A stretch of 64,000 bases of DNA from Epiperipatus broadwayi (Eukaryota > Animalia > Onychophora), in NCBI GenBank assembly GCA_028023455.1, contig JAQFVV010000007.1, positions 7,378,001 through 7,442,000 on the forward strand. The letters run 5' to 3'. A program made the translations under genes and the position numbers. Below, in pieces: positions 1 to 12,680 of the stretch. The notes under the pieces are model-generated. The model worked only from the letters and a program-made list of their open reading frames with translations, was not told the origin of the DNA and made no database searches. The stretch's first letter is position 1, and the number at the start of each line of letters is the position of its first letter.

Positions 1-1346
1 AGTTGACACTTGTGATAGGAAGATACTTAATCAATGTAGCATATAAATCAACAGACAGATCACATGATTGCTGTTTTATAAATAAATAAAAAATTAGGCT
101 AAATAAATAAAACAAATGCACTAAGCAACCAACTTAAAACATTATAATAATAGTGCAAAAGCCATTCTCTACTCTGGTGCTACCTAGCATAAGCTTAAGT
201 AATTAGTAATTACTAGATACATATAAAATCTCTTCTTAGGCCAGTTTCTGGCTTTTATCTCTATAAATGAAACCTGGCTTTTAAAATTGGAAGAAATATA
301 GACTTGCATCCAGTAGTCATCTTTAATTCCATTCAACTGTTAAGTTAAAAACTTGAATTCTAATTATCCTAAGGTTTTGAACTTAAGTAAATCTGAACAG
401 TTACATAGATCTGAAGCCACTTTATTAACTATATACTTTACTACCTTCAGATCTTTAATAACTTCTATGCACTTTATTCCTCTAGTTAGGAATGTTATTA
501 ATATCAACAATTCACCAATTCATCAGACTACCCAAGATGGCACCAAAGTAATGAGCTATTCTTATACTATTATATTGTTTTAAGTTGGTAGTTTGATAAG
601 TTGTTGTCATTATTAACATTCTAGCCAGCAGAAAATGATGACTATAATTACTAAAGATGTTAAAATATATAATAGCTCAATTGGTTTCAGATTCACTCGG
701 ATTGATATGGGTTCAAAACCTTAGGTTACTTTGAATTTGAAGTTTGTATCTTGACAGATAAAAATGGTGTTAAAGAATGCTATTGAATGCATATCAGAAT
801 TCTTGCCATCTTTGAATCCCTGGCAAGACAAAAGTCAAAAACTGATCTATGTATAGGGATTCAAACACTAAGACTAGGATTTTATATGAAACTATGTAAG
901 CACTGATTACTCAAATATTTCCTAGATCATGCTAATGTGGAGAGATACTCTTATATTACTAGACTATATTATTGTTTAAAAAAAATTTCACTTTATTTCT
1001 AACCTTTACTATTTCTGCTAGTAAATACTTTAATCTGTATATCTTCATGTCTTCTATGAATAACCTGTCATTTTGTACTGATGAATTGTTTGTCAAGAAT
1101 TAATATAAAATGTTGCTCAATATTGAAAGAAATGTTATTAGTTGCAGATATTTAATTCATATTACATCACAAAATTAATTTATAATATTATATCTTCCCA
1201 GCCCATTTTGCATCAATGCAGTATCAAGTAATTATTTTTTCCAGCTCTTTGTATTATAGTTAGCTTACTAAAATGTTAATAAGTTAAGCATTATCCTGCC
1301 CTTCACCCCACTCAAGCTCAATAAAAGTATTCATATGCTCTTTTTT

Positions 1347-1385
1347 TAATAATAATAACAACACAACAACAACAACAACAACAAC

Positions 1386-1417
<32 letters not shown>
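1347..1417. repeat. Compound (AAT)n/(AAC)n microsatellite
   Basis: Directly visible aat/aac trinucleotide runs. Confidence 0.95.
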
Positions 1418-1419
<2 letters not shown>

Positions 1420-1497
1420 CACTTATAATGCTCGTTAAAGAAGTTATATATATTATTAAATTTATTTAAAGCTTAGCACTTTCAAAGCTCTATGGCT

Positions 1498-1626
<129 letters not shown>

Positions 1627-1716
1627 ATATTAAATATCAATATTATTATATCTCTTGAATGATAAATTTCCATGAATCACATAGTATCATATAAAAAACA
1701 GCAGGTATTTGTTCTT

Positions 1717-1899
1717 CATCAGCATCATTATCATCAACCATTATCAACCCATTGCAGGATGAATGTCTATCCAAGTTTAATCCATCTTCTCTGATTTTTA
1801 GCTTCTCTTCTCTACATTATCTCTGCAAACTTTCTTATTTCATCCATCCATCTCACATGTGGTCACTTTCTGGGTCTTTTACAATCTCTTGGAATCCAG
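1717..1899 (-). mobile_element. 5'-truncated RTE LINE 3' end
   Basis: Reverse complement of 63485-63665 (ggattccaagagattgtaaaagacccagaaagtgaccacatgtgagatggatggatgaaataagaaag...gatgat tail). Confidence 0.9.
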
Positions 1900-2569
1900 A
1901 CACTTATTATTTTCATAAATTGTTTTTTTCACACAAAAAAGAGAACATACATTGTGCTCTACTGAACAGTAAACTAATGACTTGTTTTATTTCAAAGCTA
2001 TCTGGGGTGTTATGTTGAAATCAATACATTTATTATGTGGTGACATAATTGCTCTATTTACGCCCAAAAGTTTAAGGTGCTAGCATATCTAGATATCACT
2101 CCCACATTATGACAAAAATATATCTATTTATATCTTAACTTGTGATGAAATAACACATTAACATTAAATTTGTTTTGAATTGGGGGAAATTGCTGCTGAA
2201 ATGCTTTAAATGATTTAAACTATGTTTGGCAATAAATCCATAAATTGCAAAAATAGTTTCAAATGGTTCAAAAGATTTTGTGCAGGTAAAAGACGAATGA
2301 AAATGATTGATGCAGGCATGAAACCTACTGTCACATTTCAAGCCATATGTCATGATTCAGTCACTCTAGCACCTAAATTTTTGTTTATAGTAAATAAGTA
2401 AATGACATTAGTACACAACATATGTTGTCTAAAAGATAGCACTGAGGCAGCTCAAAACGAACTAATTATCTTTTTTCTAGAACGCATACTGGATATATAT
2501 ATATATATATATATGTTATATAAAGAGCTTGCAAATAAGCTCTTAACAAGCTTTGCAGAATATCCCCAA

Positions 2570-2607
2570 CCCCAGAGTGGTTTCTGCTACTGGCTTCCTC
2601 AGTGAGG
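2570..2607 (-). ncRNA. Minimal type I hammerhead-like motif, family A (divergent copy)
   Basis: Minus strand reads CCTCA CTGAGGA AGCCAGTAGCA GAAA CCAC TC TGGGG: intact core, 5-bp stem I with one G.U, weak stem II. Confidence 0.55.
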
Positions 2608-4494
2608 TACTAGGATATTCAAGCATTAGATTAAAAATACCAGGACAAGCTCAACACTTTATCTAATGAATAACTATTAAGTAGAAAATCTGAAATTTTC
2701 AGACATCCACATGTCTTTCAATCCAGCTATCTAACTTAAATAGCCATATGGGACTGAACCAAGTTCAGATACACCATATATTAATAGCTTTAGCAATATA
2801 AAATCACCAAAGCCTTACTAACAAAAAATAATAATAATAGTAATGGATATATATTATAACTGTAATGTTTTGTATTTTTCATTATATGGCATAGGCACTA
2901 TTAAAACAATTAAATGCTTACCATTACTTTACTTTGTAAGAGTTTTGACATTTCTGAAACTTTTATAAAACAGATTCCTGAATACTTGGCAGTATTGAGT
3001 GCATCAAATATATTTAGTTTTTTATAGAACCTCAAAAATCAAAATAAATGAATATAAAATGATCTTACTAATTATAGGCACATTTTAGCAGCAACTTCAG
3101 AAAATAGGTTAGGAATTATATGTTCACCCAAAACATGTATTTATGAAATCATTGGAGCAGGCACATCATATTTATAAATAACAATCCTTCATATTAAATA
3201 ATTCTATTTTAAAACTGTTAAAGCTATAAAGCATAATTAACCAATTGAAGCCAGATAGAAGAAGCACCATCCAAATTAATTGATTGTTGTGACTATTGTA
3301 TTTCATCAGTAAAAGAAAAAAAAAACTTCAAATGTTGAAAGTGATAGAATTGGTCATGATTTGTGATCTTGTGTCCACTCTACCATGTTATCAAACTATA
3401 TAGGGCTGGATTTCTACAGTGAAGAATAATAACACACCTCTAACAAAATCACAGTCAAAAATGGAAACAGTTACTTTTACAGACAATGTTGTTTTTATCT
3501 TTTCATTTTGAAATTCAATTATGTTTTAAGTGTTTTTATTTAATTTGTTTTTTCTTCATTTAAAATTATTTTTTTATGGCATGACCTCATTAAAACTTCT
3601 GGCATATCAAGTACAGAGTCATGGATTTTTTTTAAAATTTCTTATCAGTAATAGGTCTAAACATATAAATTATAATCAATGTGTTGCCATTAACTTAATT
3701 TGCTCTGCATTTGAAACAGAATCAAAATCGTCAATATGATAATGTGGTAGTGAGAATTTCTATGACTATCTGTTTTAACCATAATAGTCCTGTTATTGGA
3801 AATCCTATACAGATGTCCTGTTAACAAGTAGCAGGATATCAAATTATTCCATTTTCTTAGAAAATCTATGGAGATCAGAAAAACTGATATGTATTTTTTA
3901 GTAAACGTTTTACTTTTTGCTATCATCATTAAATTGCAATTATGTTTATTTATGATGTATAACATTTTTTTCACAGCACGTCAAAATATATCACAAATCT
4001 AAACTATGCAACAATTATTTTTATTTTAAACTTTGTCAGTAAGATAATCAAAACATGTATTTAGGATATTACACAAAGCTATACAAGTGTACATTATCAT
4101 TTCCTTTCATTTTTGTTATCTTGTGTATACTTAAAATATTTTACATCTGTGCTTAAATCAGAATATAAACAAAAGCGACCTTCAAATAGTGGAATATCAT
4201 TAGTGTGATAAAAATGTCATTCAGTATGATTTGGTTATAATAAATTAATTCGAAAACAAATTTTCAGGATTAAAAACTTGGGACATGTGAAAAGATGTAA
4301 ATTTACAGAGTCGAATCGTAAGAGTATTTGGATAAAAATTAAAACCAAATAAAACATGTCTTTTTTATTATTCTAACTGCAGTAGTGGTGTAACTACTGA
4401 GTTGCAAAAGATGGCAATGCCTGTGAGCCTATGCAATCTAGGGGCCCATAATCTTGAAAATCTATAACAAGTCAATTAAAATATATTCACATAA

Positions 4495-5095
4495 AAACAA
4501 TTATTTCTTTTTTTTTTTTTTTTTTTATAATTATTTTTTATATTTTTTAAAAAAAAACACCATTCTTTAAATATTTTTCCCTTCCCCCCTTTTTTTTAAA
4601 ATTTAATTGTTTTTTTTTTTTTTATTATTTAATTAAATTATTAATCATAAAAAAAAAAAATTTTTTTTTAAAAATACTAATAAATAAAATTTTTTTTTTT
4701 TTTTTTTATAATTTTAAATAATTTAAAAAATAAAAAAATATTAATTTCTATAATAAATTTTTAATAATCAAAAAATTCCCTAACCTTTTTTTTAATAACT
4801 TTAGATTGATATAAAATTAATTCTTTTGATATTTAAATTAAATTTTAAAATAAAAAAAAAAAAACTAAAAAAAAATCATATTTATTTATTAATAAATAAA
4901 TTAAGATTAATTAAATAAAAAAGAAAGAAATAAAAAAATTTGTTAAAAAATATTAAAAAATACATACTTCCTTCACCCACATACCTAAATTTAAAAAAAT
5001 AGGATTTGAAAACAAAATAAAATCCACCCCTCTCCACAACACAACACCCTACCACACCCCAACCACAAAACCCCCCACACCAAAAAAAGATAAAT
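4495..5095. repeat. Homopolymer-rich low-complexity tract (possible unpolished consensus)
   Basis: Runs of A, T and C with no periodicity and abrupt boundaries. Confidence 0.6.
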
Positions 5096-5099
5096 AATC

Positions 5100-5143
5100 A
5101 TCAATATACATATTTCATAATGTACTAGCACTCATCAGTTGAT
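5100..5143 (-). ncRNA. Minimal type I hammerhead motif, family B
   Basis: Minus strand reads ATCAA CTGATGA GTGCTAGTACATTAT GAAA TATGTA TA TTGAT: intact core, perfect 5-bp stem I, decayed stem II. Confidence 0.65.
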
Positions 5144-6881
5144 CCAGATTATCATCTCTCACACACATATACATATAATCAGTGCTCACTTTATATTAAG
5201 ATAGCAAATCTTCATACTTTAATGGACAGGCTTCAATCTATTCCAACATCCAACTCTTCAACTATCAAATTTAGTAAAATATATACTGTTTTCTTGATTT
5301 TAACACTTTCTGTAACTGTGGCTAACAGTTGAAAGATCCTTTAATAAATTAAAAATAATAAAAGATTATAAAAAAAATTTAATTGGACAAATCTGGCACG
5401 TTAACTATGAAGCAGAAGGAAGCGTCTAAAATGGAGTTAAAAGAACTAATTAGTGATTTTGAAAAATGCAGAAGGATTTTTAAAATGAGTACCTTTATTA
5501 AATTACATTATATGATAATTATAATATAAAATAAATAAATAAAAATTAGTGAATACATGAAAAATCAAAATTCCGAATTTTAAAATGGGGTCCTTTTTGA
5601 ATTTCTGCATTCGGGCCCAATTCTTTTTTAAGGACGCCCTGAGAAACGGTATCGGCATTATTCAATGAAAATTTATATAATTTAAATATTTTCAGTTTCT
5701 GTTACTTTTTAATATTACTCATCTAATATATTTCCACATTTGTGCATAATTGAAAACACAATAAACATCTGAAAAACTTATAGTCTGCATTTGTGGTCTC
5801 CCATTTTTCTGTTTTATAATTCTACGATCCCTAAAGAATAGCGTAAAATAATTACATAATTCAAATAAAATATTATAATAGCATGGAACATTTTATTCAT
5901 ATTAACATAAAAAATCAAACTCTAAAGCAAAAATGTTTACAACTATATACGAAGAGATTATGAAGTGTATATAATTCGTTATAAGACGAGTCACAAAATG
6001 GGTATATTAAGCACCCTAATTTAAGACAAATAAGTAATTTGAGAGTGCTTTCACATTTTTATCTTTTTTCTGCTTAGTAAAATTTTTGTTTGGAATGAAG
6101 ATAATAAGTTTAAAAAATAATTTATATAATAAAAAATAGAAATTTTGTTTAGATGCATATATATAGTAAAACATTTTACGTGAAGGTTCTAAATGCGTTT
6201 TAAAATCTCTTCACCCTGCTTTACTATAATTACATTCTTATGTTCAAAAAATCTATGACTTAAGTAAATATAAAGATTATATTTTGTAGTTTTACTTTTA
6301 AAGAACTTGATGGTAGGAAAAGTTGATTTCACGAACTAAACATTTTTTTTTTTTTTTTTAATGTTTAACATAAATATCTTTTAAAATTTAGACGAAATTT
6401 CCTTTCCTATAAAGACTTTAAGAGTTTTACAGTTAAAAAATCCTGAATCCATTAATCATACCATCAGAGTCAGGATTTGAAAACTTTGTTTATATATATC
6501 TTCTTTAAATGGAAAATGGAAGTAAATATGAAACTATCTAACATCAAGGAAGCAAAAAGACATCATGGGGATTTGAAAGATGTTTTAGTAAGCTATATCT
6601 TTTTTTCTTTGCCGTTAGCAGAAGATAAGACTACTTAGAAGACTAACACACACATTAAATGAAAATTATTTCAAACTAACAATAGAAAATGTGTTTTCAG
6701 CCATCGCTGGTTATTAATTCTTAATGGAAAAGTAATTTAAATTAAAAAGTTAAAAATATACAATTTGCGACTTTTATACATATACTTATATGTAAGTTCT
6801 TAATCCTTTACATTTAGCAATAAAGTAATCAAAAGGTATGAAAGTACTTATTGTTATTACATTTTGAACAATATTAGAAGA

Positions 6882-7135
6882 ATCATCATCATTATCATCA
6901 ATTCTGATCCATTGCAGGAGGTAAGCCTTTCCAAGTTTAATCCAGTTTCTGTGATTTCTAACCCTTTCCCCACACCACACCAGCAAACTTTCTTATTTCA
7001 TCCATCCATCTCACATGTGGTCTCTTTCTGGATCTTTTACAATCTCTTGAAATCCAGTTTAAGACTTCAACTGTCCATCTATTATCATTTCTAGAAATAT
7101 GTCTAGCTCAGCTATATTTCAGCCTCTTAATTCTT
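6882..7135 (-). mobile_element. 5'-truncated RTE LINE 3' end
   Basis: Reverse complement of about 63410-63665, including the (GAT)n tail. Confidence 0.9.
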
Positions 7136-8654
7136 TCACTGATGTCAATAATATCTGTTTGTTTTCTCACCCACATGTTTTATTACCAGTGTCCACATTT
7201 CATAATTCATAGATTTATCTAAAATAAATAACTTAAAATATATATAGCATTCAAAATCATCCTTAATATGTTTCATCTCTTATCTTTTTCAAGTATTATT
7301 TCTGTCACAGATGACATAAGATCCATGCAGTAGGGTAGGTGCAATGTGGTAGAACTGAAACAAAAAATGCATTGATAAAAAATATTAAAAATGTTTCTAT
7401 AATGCAACAATTAATAATTAGTTCCTAATTTTCATAGAGTGATGTAATGAAGAACCTCTAACTGTCATGAGGATACATTTTTGATACTTCTATCTACCCT
7501 GAGAAGTAAAAGTCAATAGTAAAATGCACATAGTGAGAAAATAATATTTTGATTTCTATATTGGTAGACAATTGTGATATAACAAGGTTGAGATATGGGA
7601 TGAATTGATTTACAAACAAGTTGAAAATATCTCTAAAGTTCAACATTAATAAAGGAGTCCCTAATTCCCTTTTGGAAATGATGTATTAACAAAACATCAA
7701 TCTGTCATTCAGGGTATGGATATTTAAATGTTTGATACTCTTAAACTTCCTGAAAAGTGATAGTTGTTAAAATTCATGCATAATGAGGAGAGAATATTCT
7801 TAGTTTCTCCACTGGTGGATAGTTGGAGTTGGGAATAAGCTTGTACTGATAAAGAAAAACAATTTGAAAAGTGCTTAGGTGTTTATGTTGCAACAGCATA
7901 TAAAATTGTTTTCTTTTTTTATATATATATAAACTTTTAAAGTTTCTATTATGATTCATTTAAAAAAAAATAAAATGTGATCACATACCTTTAGGACCAA
8001 CTATAAGTTCAAAAATTTACATTTTTTATCAGCTATGATAAGATAGAAACTTCATATGTAAAATGTGGTATAATCAGGAAATGATGTGTCATAATTTGGT
8101 ATGGAGAAATACTAAACTATGATGAAAATATGTGCAGGAAGGGATCTGGGCCTACTGATGAGAGTTAGTTTTTTCAAAAATGTGTTGCGGGAATCTGACT
8201 ATTTTTAAAGTATGTATTTATCCATATACTTTGAGAGTATCTTGAATATAAAAGTTTTAGTATGTATTGAATATTTACCCATGATTTGGAAAAAAAAGTT
8301 AAATGAAAAAAATTGTGGAAGATTTAATACTTGATATACTAATCTTTAATTGAGTTTCAAGTTTATTTCTGGACTAAATATAAAAAAATAATTAGTAGAT
8401 AATCTTTATCATTGAGCTTAGTTAATGATTATATTTTTAATAAGTGGGTGCTAGAAAGTATATATCATTATAGTGAGGTCATTTAAATAATTTGATATAT
8501 GAAATTAAATCATAACAGCTTTCTATGAATATATATTAAAGTATGTTAATGAAGACATAAATAGGCAAAAATGGTGGACAATCTTAGGAAACATTTATCT
8601 TTATCCATATATATTTAAGTATATGAAGATACAAAAAGGTTTAATCATATTATA

Positions 8655-8960
8655 AAACCACTAAAACATCACACAATCCTAAATTTCTATGCTTATACAA
8701 ACTATTAAAACAGTGATAAACTCTCCACACAGTAGTTCCACACAGTGAAAGTCATAGTAATTAATAGATGCTAGATAGTTTTGTATTGCTCTCCCATCCA
8801 AGACTCCTCACTGATGAAAATCACAAGCCAGAAACTAAACTTGGGATAGTGAATGAGTAGGCACTATATAGGGATTTTATACACAAACCTTCTAATATCC
8901 ATTGATTATTATATCTTACACTGTATAGCACTACTGTATGAAGAGTATGCTACTGCAATA
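8655..8960 (+). mobile_element. Hammerhead-bearing non-coding repeat copy (family A motif at 8806-8846, cleavage site mutated)
   Basis: CCTCA CTGATGA AAATCACAAGCCA GAAA CTAA AC TTGGGA; flanks match the copies at 12.3-12.7 kb and 43.4-43.65 kb. Confidence 0.7.
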
Positions 8961-9526
8961 TTTGTTCTGAGTGTGTTATTCTATACTTAAATACAAAGCA
9001 CTCATAGTCATATTTAAATATGAAGCATAGGCCAATATGCACTTTTTAATACAATCAGTTAAAAATATGATGCTGTATTTTTTAGCTATTTAAATAACTG
9101 GATTAAAAAAATGATTAGCGACACTGGTTTTCCCAATTCAACATCCATCAAAGCTTCATCAATACCATGCACTCCATCCCTCATCTTTCTCCTCCTGCAA
9201 AACTTTTTCAAATAAAAAAAGTCCTGCAGTAACAACCATGGTTTACTCTGAACATCTTTAGCTACAAAATTCTGGACAATTTATAAAACTAAAAAATTAC
9301 AATTTCTTCTTTAACTAAACAGTTTTTGTAATTCTTCTAATTTATTCACAATTTAATTATGAAATCATCACAATCATAATTTAAAGAACCCTACTAAATA
9401 ATTATCTTCCGCTTCTCATATGAGTTAGTAATAAAACAGATCATTTCTGAAATCAAGAAAAAAGCTATTATTAAGTGAAATAGAAATTCAAAAGAAGGAG
9501 TGATGAAAGACAAAATAAATAATAAT

Positions 9527-9851
<325 letters not shown>

Positions 9852-10149
9852 ATTCTAAAACGAAGAAGCAACTGTTGATAGGCATCAATATTTCTAAACT
9901 CTAAAAACTAACAAATTCTCACAAAATTAATAAATAAATAAAAGTAGAGAATTAAAAAATGCCCTCAGTATGTTTGCATAGTAAATGACCTAAAATTAAA
10001 CACAGCAATTCATTAATTTTTAACAAAAGTTACTAAGAATAGTAATCGAATAATTTAAAAACAAAATTAGAAAAAAATCTAATGTTTTGCGATTAATGGA
10101 TGCGATTACTTCGTCACTAATCTAATTTAATGTGTCTATAATAAAAAAA

Positions 10150-11250
10150 AAATCCCGGATGTTATGATTGACTAGAAGCAAAAATTCTTCTACAATTTTA
10201 ATAGATTCATAATAAGGGGAAGACCCACACAATTCTTTAACGTCCACAGAGGCAATTTTGCAGCTATTATCGATTTTCAAATTTTGAATTTTTTCAATAA
10301 ATTCATATGAAAATTTTAATCTGTATGGACCAAAACCATCTATGAGCGAAGAGAAAACAAGCTTACCTGCACAGTAAAAAAGTACGATCCACCAAAGTCG
10401 AGAAGAAGACGAAAAAGGACATTTTCCTTATGCAACTTTATATTTGCAAATATTCTAGGAACAATAGCAGCAGCAAATGGGTATATTTTGCCTCAATGTT
10501 TTCTAAAAATTAAAGCAACAAACTGATCTTTTCTAGTCTTTAAATCATAATCTTTTACTTTGGTAAAACATAGGCTTCCAATTTGCTGGTTAATTTTAAA
10601 GTCAAACTCTTGTCATTTTGATAGTATAAACCTATTGCCATTATCTTCTTTTAGCCAATATTTTTTTTATTAGCTTTAAGTATATATATATCAAAGTATT
10701 AGATGCCTTTCTATGACTCTTTCTTTCTCTGGGTCATTTTCATATTTAGATTCAAAATCAGTGACTATTTCCATTTCAGGTAGCGCCATTCACCACCTGC
10801 AAATCTGGATCCATAATTTAAAATTTTATTAGCCACTTCAGGAAATCCAACATTCGAAATGTTGACCCAATTTTTAATGCTAGCAAGATTAGGGTTATGT
10901 GGTTCTGTTATACAGCCAAAAAAGTTAAACTTTCTTAGAATATTTTGTTTTTTACATGGTAGCAATGTGATTGCACTTTATGTAGCTATTTTTGGGGGCT
11001 GTATACTGCAGAGCCATATGGTTTTTCCTTCTTTTATTAACCTTCAATGTGCTGGAAAGACATTATAATAGATCTTAATAAAACATCTTTAAGCTTCTCG
11101 CTAATCCCCTCTCACTGGTAAATGAATCTGTTAATTTTAATGTAACAGCAGTTTGGATAAATTTTAAATAGAAAACAATTCTTAAAGAAAATAATGTTCT
11201 TGTTTTTTCATGATATCTGTGAAGTTTTTAGCATATCATGATAAAGTCCA
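10150..11250 (-). mobile_element. Penelope-like element relic: N-terminal region and RT motifs, with stops and frameshifts
   Basis: Manual translation gives NIIFFKNCFLFKIYP, NWVNISNVGFPEVANKILNYGSRF (cf. PLE VNL/IS...ILxxGPKF), EDNGNRFIL (cf. ADKGN), VPRIFANIKLHKENVLFRLLLDFGGSYF (cf. PRxYGLPKxHKxxxPLRPIV..GS) and SYEFIEKIQNLKIDNSCKIASVDVKEL (cf. S.DV.SL). No GIY-YIG domain seen. Confidence 0.8.
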
Positions 11251-11304
11251 TTTTATTCCATAAACAATCCAAGTGAAAAAATATATAATTATAGAATATT
11301 TTTT

Positions 11305-11925
11305 TTACTTGACCGCAGAGATTGAAATCTATAATTACACATTGTAATGTTATAATTGACTATTTATTAGTCTGCATTCAAAACAGGCTACATTTACCCG
11401 CTTAATGAGGTTTATTGAAACTTCGTTGCATGAATAATTTCAATCTCTGGTCAAGTTGCATTCTTTAGTGTTTATATAAGTATAGTGAATCATTAATAAA
11501 GGAGATATTCCACCTTTAATGTTAAAAGAAGGTAGAGAAAAAAAAGGTTGCCATTACAACAGTTTGAATTTGTTGATTGTTCTTGATATTGGGATTGTCT
11601 AAGGGTTATCTGGTTTTTAATGATAATTAACACACCCTGAGCATTATATAACTTATTATTTCAGTAATACTTTGGGTGCAATTTAGTCTGCATTCAGAAT
11701 AGGTTATACTTACCTATTTAAAGAGATTTGTTTAAACTTTTTTGTATCAATAATTTCAATCTCTGTGGTCAAGTTGCATTATTTAGTGTCTATATAAATA
11801 TATTGAACCATCAATAAAGGTGAGATTCCATCTTTATTGTTAAAAGGAGATTGCCTTGACAACAGTTTTAATTTGCTGATTGTTGTTGGTATTGGGATTG
11901 TCTAAGTGTTAACTGGTTTTTAATG
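11305..11925. repeat. Tandem pair of a ~300-bp dispersed repeat with an internal inverted 21-mer (MITE-like)
   Basis: About 11370-11625 matches about 11680-11925, with a third copy at about 38575-38850; cttgaccgcagagattgaaat (about 11309) is the reverse complement of atttcaatctct(gt)ggtcaag (about 11437 and 11752). Confidence 0.75.
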
Positions 11926-12338
11926 ATATATATATATATTAAAGCAAATATTTTCATGAGCTACAGATATAAACATACCCAGATACAATTTCATTTATAT
12001 ATTTAATAAAAAAATAATAATAAATATAACAGTAATTAACTATTATATACAGTCATTCAATCTGCCGAAGTACTTTTGGTTAATTTGTTAGCCCTCCTCA
12101 ACTGCCACTCTCAGTTTAGAACAAAATTACTTTCTAACACAACCATTCCAATAAGAAAAGTATAAAACAAAATAAAAAATATAAATGCAAATTATAAACA
12201 AAATTTACATATCTAAGGTTTAAATACTTTACTGTATGTACTAAATTTATAAGTTTGATTTCAGTGAAAATGAAAATAAAATATCTAGAAGCATAAAGTA
12301 AAAAATATAAACAAACAAACTCTCAATACTTTAGAGAT

Positions 12339-12680
12339 GCCCAGTGCAACCATAGTAATCAATGGATAAAAGGTTTTTGCATAAAATCCTTACCTAATGC
12401 TGATTCATTCAATATTCCCAGACTAGTTTCTAGCTTGTGGCTTTCATCAGTGAGAAACCTTAGATTTCACGTGCAGTGCACTGAAATCCAAGACTCCTCA
12501 CTGATAAAGAACTCAAGCTGGCATTAGATAGTGATTTTATTCACAAACCTTCTAGCTTCCATTGATTGCTATGGCTTGCACTGGGTGCCAAAACAGTCTG
12601 GGGAATTTGCTATTGTGTTAACAGCTTGTGTAAACATAAGAAATGCAGATCATGTGATGTTTTAATGGAAATATAAACAA
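12339..12680 (-). mobile_element. Hammerhead-bearing repeat copy with an internal inverted duplication (fold-back 12339-12586)
   Basis: Arms align at roughly 75-80 percent by eye around an axis at 12476 (gtgca-g-tgcac); the repeat then resumes in the original orientation. Confidence 0.75.
12415..12456 (-). ncRNA. Minimal type I hammerhead motif, family A (best copy)
   Basis: TTCTCA CTGATGA AAGCCACAAGCTA GAAA CTAG TC TGGGAA: intact core, 6-bp stem I (one G.U), AGC/GCT stem II, palindromic CTAG in stem III, GUC cleavage triplet. A.A at 10.1-11.1 is non-canonical. Confidence 0.7.

Noticed and set aside
10493-10495. In-frame TGA read as selenocysteine in KH*GKIYPF...
   Set aside because: The frame is a decayed PLE RT with several other stops and frameshifts, and no SECIS was identified.
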